Assembly: GCA_047495785.1 (NCBI GenBank)
Contig: JBLDXI010000004.1
Coordinates: 62,001 to 126,000, forward strand
DNA length: 64,000 nucleotides
Reading direction: 5' to 3'
Source: Lepidodermella squamata
Lineage: Eukaryota > Animalia > Gastrotricha
Part shown: piece after piece, positions 13,358-26,780 of the stretch
Layout of the letters: the number at the start of each line of letters is the position of its first letter
Numbering within the stretch: position 1 is the stretch's first letter
Position numbers and translations under genes: made by a program
Notes under the pieces: generated by a model
The model's database searches: none
What the model saw: the letters and a program-made list of their open reading frames with translations, nothing else
Told to the model about the DNA's origin: nothing

Positions 13358-14017
13358 ACCAGACATCATGGTTCGGAATTTCCAGTTCAAAACCAACCCG
13401 AACAACCAGGACCATCATTTCCAGTACTAATACGTTTGCACCTCGGTTCAAGAGGAACAGTGTGATAATTACTACACGCAATGGGCAAGTGAAGGGAGTG
13501 GCCGTAACTGGCAACTCACCCCGTTCAACGTCAACTGACCGAACGATAGGCCCCATCTTCAACGCTTCGTCCTAGAGGTCGTGAATGGCCTGCTGAGGTA
13601 CAAATTCGGCTGCTGTTCGGCCAAGGTGATTCACTAAACTTGCGACAACCCGACTGATCAATGGGTCGTTTTGAAGACTGTGCGGAACATGTTCGGCAAT
13701 TCTACTATCACACCAAGCAGACGGGCATGTCTCGGTCCAGTGAAATCTCCAGCAGCGGCGGCAGTTCTGAAGAGTTTTCTGCCGAAGTGTCCATCAATTT
13801 GAAGAATGTATTTGCTAGCAAGTTGGGTTACAGTTACGTTACGTACCATGGCTGGAGATTTGAGGAGAGTAGATCGTTCCAGGGTTCTGTTAAGATGGAG
13901 ATGGAGTTCACGTGCCCGCCTTATACTGACTGCGAGCTGAGCCAGGTTATGTGGCAATGCGGTGCCTTTTACGCGCGTACTGATGATATCAAAGTCGTTA
14001 CCCACGACAGACGCTAA
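13358..14017 (+). pseudogene. Three-repeat domain (partial) directly followed by an aerolysin-like beta-PFT domain; contains stops and a frameshift
   Basis: 13358-13625 is homologous to 9700-9945 (TQWASEGSGRNWQLTPFNVN, LRYKFGCCSAK). It continues TCDNPTDQWVVLKTVRN, then TKQTGMSRSSEISSSGGSSEEFSAEVSINLKNVFASKLGYSYVTYHGW..EFTCP..QVMWQCG, homologous to 8059-8348. Confidence 0.6.
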
Positions 14018-14362
14018 CTCGGAAAAAATCAAAACTTATCATAACATTTTTGCTTAATTAAATAAAAACGTGTTCCCATACTTCGTACAATCAGTTTTTC
14101 TTGAATTTTTTGAATATTTAATGATTATTAATCGCTAGCCAAATTTGTAATTTTTCAAAATGTTTCGAAAACCTTCAAAATTGTCAGAAAGAAAACGGAA
14201 GTTCTTGCGATACAATCATTCCCATAGAATTCAAATTCATAACTATCGAAATCGTCATAACACGCAGATAATCTTGAATTCCAGATAATATTACCTGGGC
14301 TAAGAGTTGAATTTCAATGAAAAGTTGGAACTAGCATTTTCCTTACATTCGGTTCAGAAGCT

Positions 14363-14830
14363 ATGCGTTTGAAAGCGTATAAGACGTATGTTTTATACTA
14401 TTGCTCTTCAGCCTATTCGCCGTTTTTACTAAATGCAATCGATGAGCTAGAATCGATCCAGTCACGCTTTTTGAAAAAGCTCTGTGGTTACAAGCTTAGT
14501 AATTACGATGAATTACTTGATAAATATAACTCTCAGGAAAAGAGGCGCTTCTCGCGTGACATTGTTCTGACTTTTAAAATGTATCGAAATATTTTGGATA
14601 TCAACTTTGAAGATTTTTTTACCTCATCTAGAAACAAATATGCGCCTTTACACCGTCTCAGACGAACTGCCGTATTGACTGTGAAACGTTTTCGTTCCAT
14701 TGACGATGTATCAACTTTTGGAATTCTTTGAAGCCTGAAACTATTAATTGTAGCTTTAACAAATTTAAGATTGCCATTTCGTTCGTTGAGTAATTTTACA
14801 CACAAAATGTGGCTTTTTCCCTTCATTGAT
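14363..14830 (+). mobile_element. 3' fragment of a CR1/L2-like LINE ORF2
   Basis: LKAYKTYV..Y.SS.Y.P....I..LESIQ..F and NKYAPLHR; same family as 40163-40900. Confidence 0.85.
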
Positions 14831-14954
14831 TTAACACGAAGCTGAAGGGTCTTAATTTTGATACATTATTATCCTGACCGATTTCCTCTGAGGTTCTCAG
14901 TGATCACCTCTAATTAGGAGAACGTTAGACAGATAGACGTTAACCAATTAAAAA

Positions 14955-16370
14955 ATGTCAGCAGAATCTTCAAAAGTCCACGATGTTCATGAAATGCTCA
15001 GCAGGTAGTAAGTTGATTGCTTCTAGAAGTTAATTCCTTCATGCAAGGCCTAAATTTAGCTAAAACTTGCGGAATTTTACTAATTGAAGGCAGCCAGGTT
15101 GGGCTGATGTAACTTACCACGTAAAGGATCAAGATTCCGGCAAAGAGTTCAAAGTCGTCTTAGGCGAACGCTCATCGAACGAAAAATACGCTGGCAAGTT
15201 ATTTCCATACCTAATCCCATATTTCACTCGAAAATTACCTTTCAGCGGCAGAAATAGCGTTGATAAATTATTTGAGAGGCAAAGGTTTGCCTGTACCTGA
15301 AATAATTCCCACAAAACATGGAGAATTCTATGGCAAAACTACCCACATTTTCCGAATGCAGACCTACCTGAAAGGATCGTTAGTGGATGGGACTTTTTCA
15401 TCCGAAATGGCTTCAAAGATCGGTTATCTCACTGGTAAGAATATGAAATTAGAAATCGATCTATAACATTGAGGGATTTAGGCCGCCATCTTGTTTCTTC
15501 ACATCGCGATTTTCACCTCCACTACTACGACGATGATCTGGATTTCCTCCTCAACTCTGTGGATCAGTACAAAACCTCTGAGTTGATTCAACACATCAAA
15601 GACGAGCATAAACTGCAGCTTATCCAGCAATTTTCTAAACTATACCAGGCTCAAATAATGGATAAGCTGGATCGGTTGGTAATTCAGCAAATTCATGCTG
15701 ATGTCCACGGTGGAAATACTGGTAGGATTCTTGATCTTTCTTTACAGTATTTCGTATTTTCCCGTTCCTTTGCAGTTTTGTCCGAAGACGGTAAGGAAAT
15801 TACGGGGCTGATAGATTTCGGATATTCGAGGCAATCGAGGAAATATGGGTAGAATTCTTACTTCTTCCTATTCCTAAGTTTCGCTGAATCCCTTATTATT
15901 CGCAGTATTGTCCGAAGACGGTAACGAAATAACTGGGCTGATAGATTTCGGAAATTCGAGGCAATCTTTGAGAATCTTCGAACCAGCAATCACGTTTTTC
16001 ACAATTCTTGTATTCAGCGAGAATAGAATCGAAGGTAAAAATTCGGATTCCTTTGTTAATTTTTCACTGTATTCCCCTGCCCAACAGGAATCATTTCGTT
16101 TTTGAAGAGCTTTCTTACTGAGGTAAACCTCAACATGGATGAGAGGTTGGCTTTGCCCGTTGCTGTGGTTGGCGTTATTATCCGATGCATAGCCGTTGAT
16201 AATTACTTGAGATTGCAAGATCCTAACAATCAAGTCTAAGGCTACCTTCACCGACTTTATTCCAATGCTTGGCAACTTTTATAATAGTCGAAGCTCTATT
16301 GGATCCGACTTTAGAAGAAATTCAAGCCTTTGCCACAGCTCTTGAAGCTTCATTGACAAATTTGACTAGT
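14955..16370 (+). pseudogene. APH/hydroxylysine-kinase-like phosphotransferase, multi-exon, probably disrupted
   Basis: LINYLRGKGLPVPEIIPT, RMQTYLKG, Brenner motif IHADVHGGN, GLIDFG. There is an apparent stop or frameshift in the exon near 15050-15190, and the DFG exon is duplicated. Confidence 0.75.
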
Positions 16371-18282
16371 GAACCGTCTTGATGGCATTCGAAAAGGACT
16401 TTTTGAAGAATGAAGTTTTATTTTTTAACAACGCTTGGAATTTCTATGCTTGGATAAACTTTATTTTTCAAACGCAAAGAAGAGGCAAGTTAATTTTTCA
16501 CGATTTCGTTCTTGTCGCGCAATATGTGCGAAATAGTGAATTTTATATATTAGTGATTGCGCGCCTATGGCACATATGTGAGTGCGCGCGACCACGCGTA
16601 GTGGCGAATGGCTTTGTGCTTTGTGCCCTTACTTATATAATTCCCTCGGCGCCAGGCGGCGGGCTAGTTATTGAGCCACGTTATGCGGGAGAAGTGTTGT
16701 ATCGTGGATATCACTGATAGAGGTCAACCAATGCCAAACATATGCCAATCTGATCAATTTTATCACATCAGTTAAATCAGAAATATGTCAGTATAAAAAT
16801 TTCAAATAATGCCCTTATTTGCCGCTTCAAACATATAATTTCAGCCTTTTATGAAAATGTCTCACATTCATAGTTTTCAGATGGCGCTTTTGATAATTCA
16901 TTTAATTTTTTGCTTCATTTAAGCTTCAATACAATTACCACTGTCGGCCTGCGGCCTTTGACAGTTGACGGGGAACTCCGTGACTTTCTCGAACACGTGG
17001 GCACGTGTGACCTTGAACATGCCTAACCTAAGACCTAAGTATAACTTTCTTGCACATCCGTGACTTGCTGCCCAGCTTTGCGCATAACCACGTATCGTGT
17101 CACCCATGCGCGACGACGGCGACGACGGCGACGACGGGATGGAGATGATCATTCGTTTGAGAGTCATTCCGTAAGCGCCACCTACACTTATTGGCATCAG
17201 GGTCCATATCACGCAGGCCGAGCTGTTATTCGAGATGGGTTGCAAGTTAATGTATCGTTGCTCAGGTGGGCTTCAATTCGAGCTACAAATCACGAATTTG
17301 AATATCTACGTGGTAGTAACATTTGCTTGTTATTCGGTAAAAATAGCGCACATGCATAGCGCATAGCGTAAAAGTTTTTACGAAAACGTGAGCGGGTCTG
17401 GGAATGTGCTATTGCCGTTAGTCTCGGGTCAAAAGTTGCCAGTCGTACATGCTAAAATAGGACGAATTGCATATCGCTAGCGGCGTTGAATAACTCGGAT
17501 ATAGGCTTGTTGACATCAATTTCAAGGTCACGGGTGACAAGTAAAAAGCGGCTTTTTTAACGTGAATGGAGAGGCAAAAACAAAAGACTTTTTACTTGTC
17601 ACCTATCCCCTTCAAATGGATGAAAACAAACTTAAATCCGAGTTATTCAACGACGCTAACGATATGTACGGGAACTTTTCATTGGAGGATTGAAAACAGG
17701 TGATAGACGATCTATGACGCCATGTCACGAGAGTCAGCATGTCATCGGATGCTGCGCGTTGACGTCGTGCGCACAACGCGGTTATCGACAGCGGCACAGC
17801 GCACGGTTGGCGACTGCACAGGGCTGTAGTATTTTACCGTGTAGATTCGTCGTCTGATGTTTGTGCTATACGAATAGCACGTTACATGGAGAGCGTGAAG
17901 ATGGCGTGAAGATTTTCGCACGTCGCCGTGTGGCAATCTTGAACACGCCTTTTACATCCTTCTTCAGTAATAACAATAAGTCGATGGTTGTGAGACAGTT
18001 GGACAGTCTGTTTTTTTTACGTACACCACTATCCTCCTTCACGACACACCTAACAACGGAATACAGCCTGCATGGGGTAACTGTGACACCGCTATTTTTT
18101 ATAGGTACCCCACTATCCTCCCTGACGACCGACAGACCGACAGACCGACAGACGGACCGGCTGAACACGACCTACGACAACGGGAGTTCCCCGTCATTTT
18201 AACAATTTCATATTCTCTCCTTTTCCAATTTACTATTCAAATGTTATTCATTGTTTGATGGTATCTGGATTATATTGAAATA

Positions 18283-18716
18283 CCGTAATTTTCAGTATAA
18301 AGGCCGCGGCGAGTAATTTTCCAGTTTTTCGAAAAATGGGTAAAAAATGCGGCGATTAATCCGGTGCGGTCGTTATTCGAGTGCGGCCATTATTTTTTCC
18401 AAGTTTTTATTAGGCAACATGGTCTTTCCCCTAAAGATTAGCTTGCAGGCGTGCGCATTAAACAAGGATTACACGTCATTTATTCACTTTCCGACTCGCC
18501 TAAGGTGAATCTAATCTGTTAGCATACTTGAGAGGTTGCCTAACAAGAGTGTCAACGGGCGGCTTACGGTCGTTGAGAGCTAATCGCTTGAACCGTGCGG
18601 TGATTAAACGAGTGCGGCCTTTATTTACACCCAAACTTAGTTCCAAGGGTGATGTTGGGGCGATTATTCGGGTGCGGCCTTTTTTCAGGTAGCGGCCTTT
18701 ATACTGAAAATTACGG
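18283..18716. mobile_element. Tc1/pogo-type MITE
   Basis: TIR CCGTAATTTTCAGTATAAAGGCCGC ... GCGGCCTTTATACTGAAAATTACGG, TA on both sides, and internal GTGCGG repeats. Confidence 0.9.
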
Positions 18717-19148
18717 TAATAATTCCTTAAATGTTTTAATCATTAGAAAACCTTTTAAGATGGCTGGAACGTCTTATGAAAAAGAACTGAACGCCGATGT
18801 TGATGAACTTTTACAGACCGGAGAATATTATTTTCAGCCAATAAACAGCACGTCAATCGAAACGAGGAGCGAAGCGACCGGGAAAGAGCCGTTGCTACGC
18901 TCCATAGACGACATCGACTTTCCCGACTTCCCCGCGGCCGAAGAGGCGTCGTCCTAACCACCAGTTTCTAATAGAGAAAGAACGACTCCGCGCTGGTGTT
19001 GCTCATGTGAGAGAACAGATTGTGCGCAAGAAATCAGGCGCAGTTGTACGAAAACATCGGTTTGTTCGACAGAGAGCAGCAAAATTACTGCAATGCAAGT
19101 GTAAAGGGCGCTGCCATGAAAAGTTTACCCTGGAATCGCTAATGTTAC

Positions 19149-19450
19149 GTTCACAAACTGCTTCGAAGACGCGTCCGAAGTTTTAGCCTCCGAAGTTTCG
19201 TAATCGCTCTCCGAAGTTGCGTAATCGCAGACCAAAGTTTGAGATTTTCGTTCACAAACGCGCGCACTTCGGACTGCGCGCCCGAAGTGAGAACAATGGG
19301 CGGCGCGCACGCACTGAACAAAGGACGCGCACAAACTTCGGTTCGGAGAGGCCCACAACTGCTCTCCGAAGCGACTCCGAACCGAAGTTTGTGCGTGTCC
19401 GAAGTTACTACGTACGCACGCGCGCGCGGCCACTTGACCGCGCGAGGTAG
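19149..19450. repeat. GC-rich CCGAAG/CTTCGG repeat array, probably a MITE end; a related end lies inverted at 46980-47160
   Basis: GTTCACAAACTGCTTCG at 19149 versus CGAAGTAGTTTGTGAACGCAC at ~47140-47160; many ccgaagtt units. Confidence 0.5.
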
Positions 19451-20719
19451 GGCGACGGCATGTTCCTGTGGCATCTTTAATTCGTATTATTGACTATAAT
19501 TGACGAAAATGACGTAAATTTCAAGTATATGAAACGCGCGCAGTAAAATCCTTGTTTTCACAAAAAAATTCAATATTATAGAAATTATCGGGTGCCCTTA
19601 AAAATAGCTTATAGTGCGCGTTGAAAAAATTCAATTTAATTTTTATTTATTTTTTACTTATTAATCTTATGGGATTAGGGTATTCTCACTGTCATGGGAA
19701 TGCTAATGAACTATCATAGTTGTCGAGTAGAACGAAAAACAGGTAAAATCCGGTCGAGTATAGCAAAATACCAAAAATTACCAAACCATTCCCATCTGGT
19801 TTTTTCGGGAGTTTTTCGGGGAATTTATATTTTCCTTCCGCGAAATCCTAGAAATCCTCCTTATTACGAAAGGCCTTTGATGGCATTTGTTAGGGAATAA
19901 TACTCAAATTGTTTGCACGACCGAAAAAAATCGGTAAATTCGGGGTGTCTGAAAGTAGTGTCAAAGTTTTGTTTTAAATATTTCAATTTTTTTCGAAAAA
20001 ATAAGATTTAGTTTTATTGAATGTGAGATATTAAAATAATGTCTCTCATCTACCACTGCACCGAAGGAAATTCGAAATTAACCGGTAATAATCCGAAATA
20101 ACCCGATTGGAATGGTTTGGTAATTTTCCATTGGATAATTGATGAGTCTGCCTAGATCGTTAAAAGAAGTCGGGGCTCATATTATCATTCTTTTATATAA
20201 AGGAAACAGCCGTTTGAGCTTTTTGATTGAAAACAAAAAAATTCACCGAAGAATTACCTTACTGCGCCGACTTGAAACTTTCGGTACTTTCAGGTCTTAC
20301 CGCACATTTGGTAGAACTGTGATTTCTTGCCTCATTGTCATTCTCAAAAGCGTATTCAATACGGGAATAAAAAGATGTAGTAGGCATTGGCACAACAAAA
20401 TCGCACAAAAATATCACTTTACCTGAGGTTAACCACATTGGCGCTTTTTATGTGTTTTGCAAATATTATTGTTTCCACTCAGTGAATTTTTCCCAATCAA
20501 GCGTCCATTGCATATGCCGTTTTAATATTGGTCTCTTGCAATACTTGTTTCTATTGTTGATCAGTTTTTAGCTGAGTTATCCAAGAGTTATAAATAATAA
20601 TCAATAATCAATAATCAATAATAACCGCGAGTTACAAAGAAATTCCCCCGCGAACACACGCGCCCCCATAAACGGGGCCTCATTAATATGCAAGTATTGA
20701 CTTCTCGCTTGGCGCTACA

Positions 20720-23700
20720 GCATATCGATGATTTTGCGCTAAAGGCGACCAGCGAGAAAAAACCTCTATACAGAGTACTGCGCACTATAAACAGTACTAC
20801 GCACTATAAACAGTACTACGCGCGCGCACAATACTATGAAATATACTTATAGCCCGCATTCAGTGTGAAAAATAATGAATGCACTGGACAATTGACCAAC
20901 AATACTGAGCTTTTTGTGGATGTTTCCATGAAATTTTCGGATTACCTGGTGGAGAAGAGTCGAACGTATCCAGAAATTGATAAAAATGCATGTGTAACCG
21001 TGGGTTTTCTGCCGTTAGGCGACCTTATAGCGATCCGAAAGCGCAAAAACCTTGGAAAAATGCACCCACTGGCGTTTTTGGCGGCGCTTCTTCCATAAGC
21101 AGAATGGGTTCAACCACAGGTTTGTCACATTCCCTAGTAGAGCACATAAAGGCTTTGTGGGGAACCAAGAAATAGCTAGTTAATATGGTGGTTATCCACG
21201 GCTTTTCAGTCGTTTCCCTCCCGGCTTGCAAATCAGTGAGAAAGTGAAAATTTGGTGTTTTCAGTCGCCCTTATCTCGAAAAAACCCATGGTTGCACCAT
21301 AGCTTTTTGTTGTCAAATTGGAGACGGCGCTGGGAGGAAGGCTTTGACAGGAAAAGCAGCAAGGATCCCCACATCTTATCCACGACTTTTTCATCGTGAT
21401 TAGCACTCACTTCGTCCTACCCAACATCTCGAAAATGCATGACCTTGCGTCTTTTGGAGTACTGCTGCAAGAAACGGAATGGGTTCAACTACAGTTTTGT
21501 CAAATTCCCTAGTAGAGCACAACAAGATCTTACTAAGGAAGTAAGAAATTGCCAGTAAATGTAGTGTTTATCCACTGCTTTTCAGTCTTTTCCCTCCACT
21601 TCCGAATCAAGTCCGAATCGAAGGAAAAGTGAGCATTTAGGATCTTTCATCGCACTCATCTCGAAAAAAACCATGGCAGCACCGTAATTTTTCGTAGTCA
21701 AATGGGGGAGGCAATTGAGAAGAAGGTTTTAAAAGGGAAAAAAGCAAAAACCACCACAACTTATCCACGACTTTTTCGTAATGTTTAGCAATGGCATTTC
21801 AAGCACAAAATCGAGATTCGGAGCCGTTCTATTTTGAAACCGCACAACGCGGAGACTTTATTCCAAGTCTCACAAGTTGATAAGAGTGCCTTCTTCTAAA
21901 AGGATAACTAATATGCCGGTGATACCATGAATTGGGGTATGCATTCCGCCCTGAACCGTTGCCCTGACCGCGGCAACAAGACGCTCGAGATGCGGACCCA
22001 TACCATTTAAATCCCTGGTATCTGTGGACTAGCGTAGTACAGTTCGGTTTCCGATTATCCTTCTTGACTCTCATGCTCGCTTGCATCAACTTAAAGAAAA
22101 TACGGTGGTAAAACCAGTAGATTTTGCTAATTACTCCTGCGGAATGCTCTTTGTGAGATGTAAGTAAGTTGGCTTCCCTTTGATTTAGTAGGAGTGGTAA
22201 AGGTACCATTTTGGCACTATGGTAGTCTTCACTTTGTATCAAGAACGCGGACAAGATTTACAAAATGCCCACAATGGCAGTTTGATTCATTGTTGCGGCC
22301 GCGGTTGGCCCTTGTTCTTGGCCTTGATCTTGCAACAGCATGAGTGCCTACAACATGCGCCACCGCACCACCGACAATTGGCCTCTTTGTCGAGTTGCGC
22401 TGCTGGACTGCCTAGGGATCGGGATAACTTTTCCCCGTTGGCGCTAAAACGTGATAGAGTGCCATCTAATATGGCTAAAAATCCTTGCTTTTGAGTCATT
22501 TCACTCAACGGTGCACTTTCCAAACCGCGGAAAAACCTTGATCCGTCATTTTTCAACTGCGTCAATCGCGTTCTATTGTTGGCGCCGCCCACCGTCAAAT
22601 TTTTAACTTCATGTTCAAAGAGCAAAGTAGCTTGCGTGTGCCTGTAGAATGGGAAGCATAATCTGGGGGCAGCTGGTTGTATGTAAGTTGGGTAGGTTGC
22701 TTTTGGTTAGGACCAGAGGGGAGACTCCCGTAGCCCGATACCTCCACATCCATCTCCTTGTAGTTCGATGTTGTGAACATGTAAAGCACTGGGGCCCCGC
22801 CAAGGCAGGAGATGACGGTCACTCGTCACTTTTAAACCAAGACCAAGTCTCCCAATTTGCTGGTAGCTAGTTAGCTAACGCGTGGAGGCTTTCCTAGACG
22901 ATCGTTTTACACTCGCCGAGAGTCACTTTCAACGACAGCAGGGCGTACGCGACCCGACCCAACATTTGCCGTGAATTACGTTGCCCGCTACCGCCACGGG
23001 GAGACTGCCGTTGTCGCTTGAACAGTAGTAAGGTCTACCATCAAAAGACTCATTTGGGTAATTTAGTTAAGCTCGGTGGGTGGAAGGTTTTAGAGAACTA
23101 AATCGTTCAGCCAAACCATGGCTGCAACTCGAAAGCGAGAAAAGTTGCCAGTGGTTATTAGTACGGCCGTGCATGCCGCTGCAGGATCCAGCCCAAGGGC
23201 CAACAGAGGCCGCTACAATGAATCAGAGGGCCATTGTAGGCCACTACAGTGATACTTTTCCGACTAATGGTTTTACCACCAAAATGTCTTGGATACGATG
23301 CAAGTTAAAACGGGTGTGGATACTATGATGGGGAACGCATCTTTACTAAGCAGCTAAACGGAAACGAGCAACTGAAATCGGACTAAAATCGGATGACTCC
23401 TTACCTCAACCATCTTGTTACCGCGGTCTGGGACCGAATGGATAGCAAATCGTGGTAGCACCCGCATATTTGCTATTTTATAAGAAGTATGCGCTTCCTT
23501 CAACTTGTTACAAGTGAAATAAGGGCTCTGCTGTTTAAGGTCTCGGAACAGCCCAATTTTGAAACTCGATTTTGAGCTTGAAATGTGATTGCCCATCAGG
23601 TCGAAAAATTCGTGGATAAGTTGACGTGGTTCTTGCTGTTTTCTCTTTTAAAACCTTCTTCTCAATCTCCTCTCCTTTTTGAATACAAAAGCTTATGGTG

Positions 23701-24661
23701 CAGCCATGGGTTTTTTCAAGATAAGTGCCATGAAAGATGAAAAATGCTCACTTTCTCTTCGATTCGAACTTGAATCGGATGTGGAGGGTAAAGGCTTTTA
23801 AACTGTGGATAAAAACCGCATTTACTGGCAATTTCTTACTTCCTTAGTAAGATCTTGTTGTGCTCTACTAGAGAACGCGAAATAACTGTGGTTGAAACCA
23901 ATCTGTTTCTTGCAGCAATGCCCCAAAAGACGCCATGCCATGCAGTTTCGAGGTGTTGGGTCTGACGTAGTGAGTGCTAATCGGGACAAAAAAGTCTTGG
24001 ATAAGTTGGGGTGGTTCTTGCTGCTTTCCCTGTCAAAACCTTCCTCCCAGTGCCTTCTCCTATTTGACTACAAAAAGCTACGGTGCAACCATGGGTTTTT
24101 TCGAGATAAGACAGGCTAAAAACACACCATTTTCACTTTTTCCTCGTTTTGCAAGCCGGGAAGGAAAAGACTTCAAAGCCGTGGATGACAACCATATTAA
24201 CTGGCTATTTCTTACTTCGCTAATAGGCTCTCCATGTGCTCTGCTAGGGAATGTGAAAAAACTGTGGTTGAACCCATTCTGCTTATGGAAGAAGCGCCGC
24301 CAAAAACGCCAGTGGGTGCATTTTTCCAAGGTTTTTGCGCTTTCGGATCGCTATAAGGTCGCCTAACGGCAGAAAACCCACGGTTACACATGCATTTTTA
24401 TCAATTTCTGGATACGTTCGACTCTTCTCCACCAGGTAATCCGAAAATTTCATGGAAACATCCACAAAAAGCTCAGTATTGTTGGTCAATTGTCCAGTGC
24501 ATTCATTATTTTTCACACTGAATGCGGGCTATAAGTATATTTCATAGTATTGTGCGCGCGCGTAGTACTGTTTATAGTGCGTAGTACTGTTTATAGTGCG
24601 CAGTACTCTGTATAGAGGTTTTTTCTCGCTGGTCGCCTTTAGCGCAAAATCATCGATATGC
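20720..24661. mobile_element. Foldback-type element with very long modular inverted repeats
   Basis: 20720-~21110 is the near-perfect reverse complement of ~24270-24661 (the identical 77-aa ORF appears on both strands). Diverged ~380-bp subunits extend the arms to ~21790 and ~23600. Confidence 0.85.
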
Positions 24662-26780
24662 CGCATGCGCGTAATCACTAATATCCTACCTGGGGTAATC
24701 GAACTCACAATTAAAACGTAACCTGGAATCTCATTGTTTCGATTTACTTCAAACAAGCTCATCTTGTCCACTTAAAATAGTAAATAAGGTCATTTAAAAA
24801 AATTCAAATTAATTACTAAAAAATTCCCCGCCGATTTTTTTCCCAAACCTTATGATTTATCAGAAAAATTTAGGAATTCACTTTGTACTGAAATCATTTA
24901 ATTTAGAAATTTCTGCATAAAAGATTATGAAGAAACGTGGTGTTTTTGGCAGATTGCACCTGAACCGTTCACCTTTGCGGTACCGACCGCATTATTTACC
25001 CCGTTGTTGCAGAAAGAAATGTACACGTACAAGTGTTGTCAGGCTGGTTGTGATGAGTTTCGCCAACTGTGTGCTAGATACGTTATGGTCAACAATCCTT
25101 CCTTGAAATCGCTCAGCCCAGAACATGCCGACGTGGTGTTGACGGCAGTCAAGGCGGAGTTTACTTGGCTCTTTCAGTTTTCAGACCAGGAGGTAGAGTT
25201 TTCGTGATATTTACGTCGATCAAAATTAGTTGACCCTCATTTTTTGGCTCGCGATTGATACTTTTTTAATCTAAATGAAACCGATTTTCTGAACACGATC
25301 AGTCATTAGGATTTTTTCCTATTCCTTTAAAAAAAATTCCGAAACGTCGCACGTCGCGCAATTTTGAGTATACAGTTGAGCGACAAAATCTGTGGGTGGG
25401 ATCAAAATTATTCGAAAATGCCTCAGATTAAAATTTGGGGCCAAATAATTGTTAAATAATTAATTGAAAAAATAATTGAAAAAATTTCTTCAACAAATTC
25501 GTCGCAAAATTCTAGAACAAATTGTTTTATAAAATTCTAAAAAAATCTTCGGCAAAATTCTCTAAACAATTCTTCAAAAAAACTTGAACAAAATTGCTTA
25601 AAAAATTCGGGAAAAAATTCTCGTATTAATTTCTTTCTTAATTTTTTAATTTCCTAAAAATTCAGCGAGTAAAGCGTTTATTTGAAATTAATTTTGTTTA
25701 TCAAATCTTTTAATAATTTAATTTAAAAAATTTGCATAATTTTTGATAAATTTTGTCCTATAGTACGTCTCATGAACTCATAGAGCTTGTTGCCGGAGGA
25801 AATTTCCATTGAAAATAGTGAATTCCTTAAATCAGATAAAGGCGAGCGGATTCAAAGTCGAACGAATTATTGGAAATTTTTCATTAGGTGAAGTTCTGGG
25901 GTGAACGGGTGACTCTACGTGAGTGCGCGCTGCACTCAAAGCGGCTTGTTTGCTTTAGTATAGCCCGTTGAGATTTGAACTCCAAAAGGACTTGTCGCTT
26001 TTCCGCTTTCAGGAGATATTTCATCCGTGATTGCTTTTTTATTTTTATTAAGGTGGATCGTAAAAGTAATTCCATTAATTTGAACGCGAACATCGACTTT
26101 GTCAAGAGAGCCTAATAGCGTGGCCAAGCAGCAATTTAAAAAATTTCTCGCTGCCCGTCTACGGCTAAAAACCACATTTCAAAATCAATCTTGATTGCGA
26201 GATAGATTCACTTTCAGTCTTCAGGGGCCTGCCGCGTCCGCCAAGTAGTGATCACTATTTATGTTGAGGTGATTCATGTTGTCAACATTTAAAGTGATAA
26301 ATGTTTGATAGCAAACAGTTTAAGATGGTGATCAAAACTCTGTTTATCACGCAGTACAATTTTTTCAAATTTTAAATAAATAAATTTTTTAAATTTGTGT
26401 TCGCAGTTGGGCGAATTGGCTGGACAAATACACGGCTGGTTGAAAATTCCGTGAATGTGCACTTTTGCGCGGTTGAACTAATGGGAATTACCTCGTGTTT
26501 TGACTTATTTTTTTACGCACAGCAGGTTTCGCCCAACACGAAAAGTTACGCACAAACGAGGTTACGCTCATGAGGTTGCGCTTACGGGACACAACCGTGT
26601 ATACACGCGTTTTTCACTTTTAATACCCGACAAATTCAGATTTTATCAATCAGCCTTTTCTTTTCACCTGATAATTTATTTCACTATGATTGCGATACAA
26701 AATATCGACCTCGAAAATATTTTGCTGAAACACCTGTGCTCTCTGTCGACGCAAAGTTGGCAAGTGCCTAATCCCTAATT

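Noticed and set aside
20865-21098. Identical 77-aa ORF present twice (also 24283-24516)
   Set aside because: A by-product of the inverted repeat, with no coding features.
24953-26250. Exon-like blocks (for example YKCCQAGCDEF), also at 5000-5700 and 18759-19120
   Set aside because: No recognisable domain or consistent spliced ORF could be built by eye.
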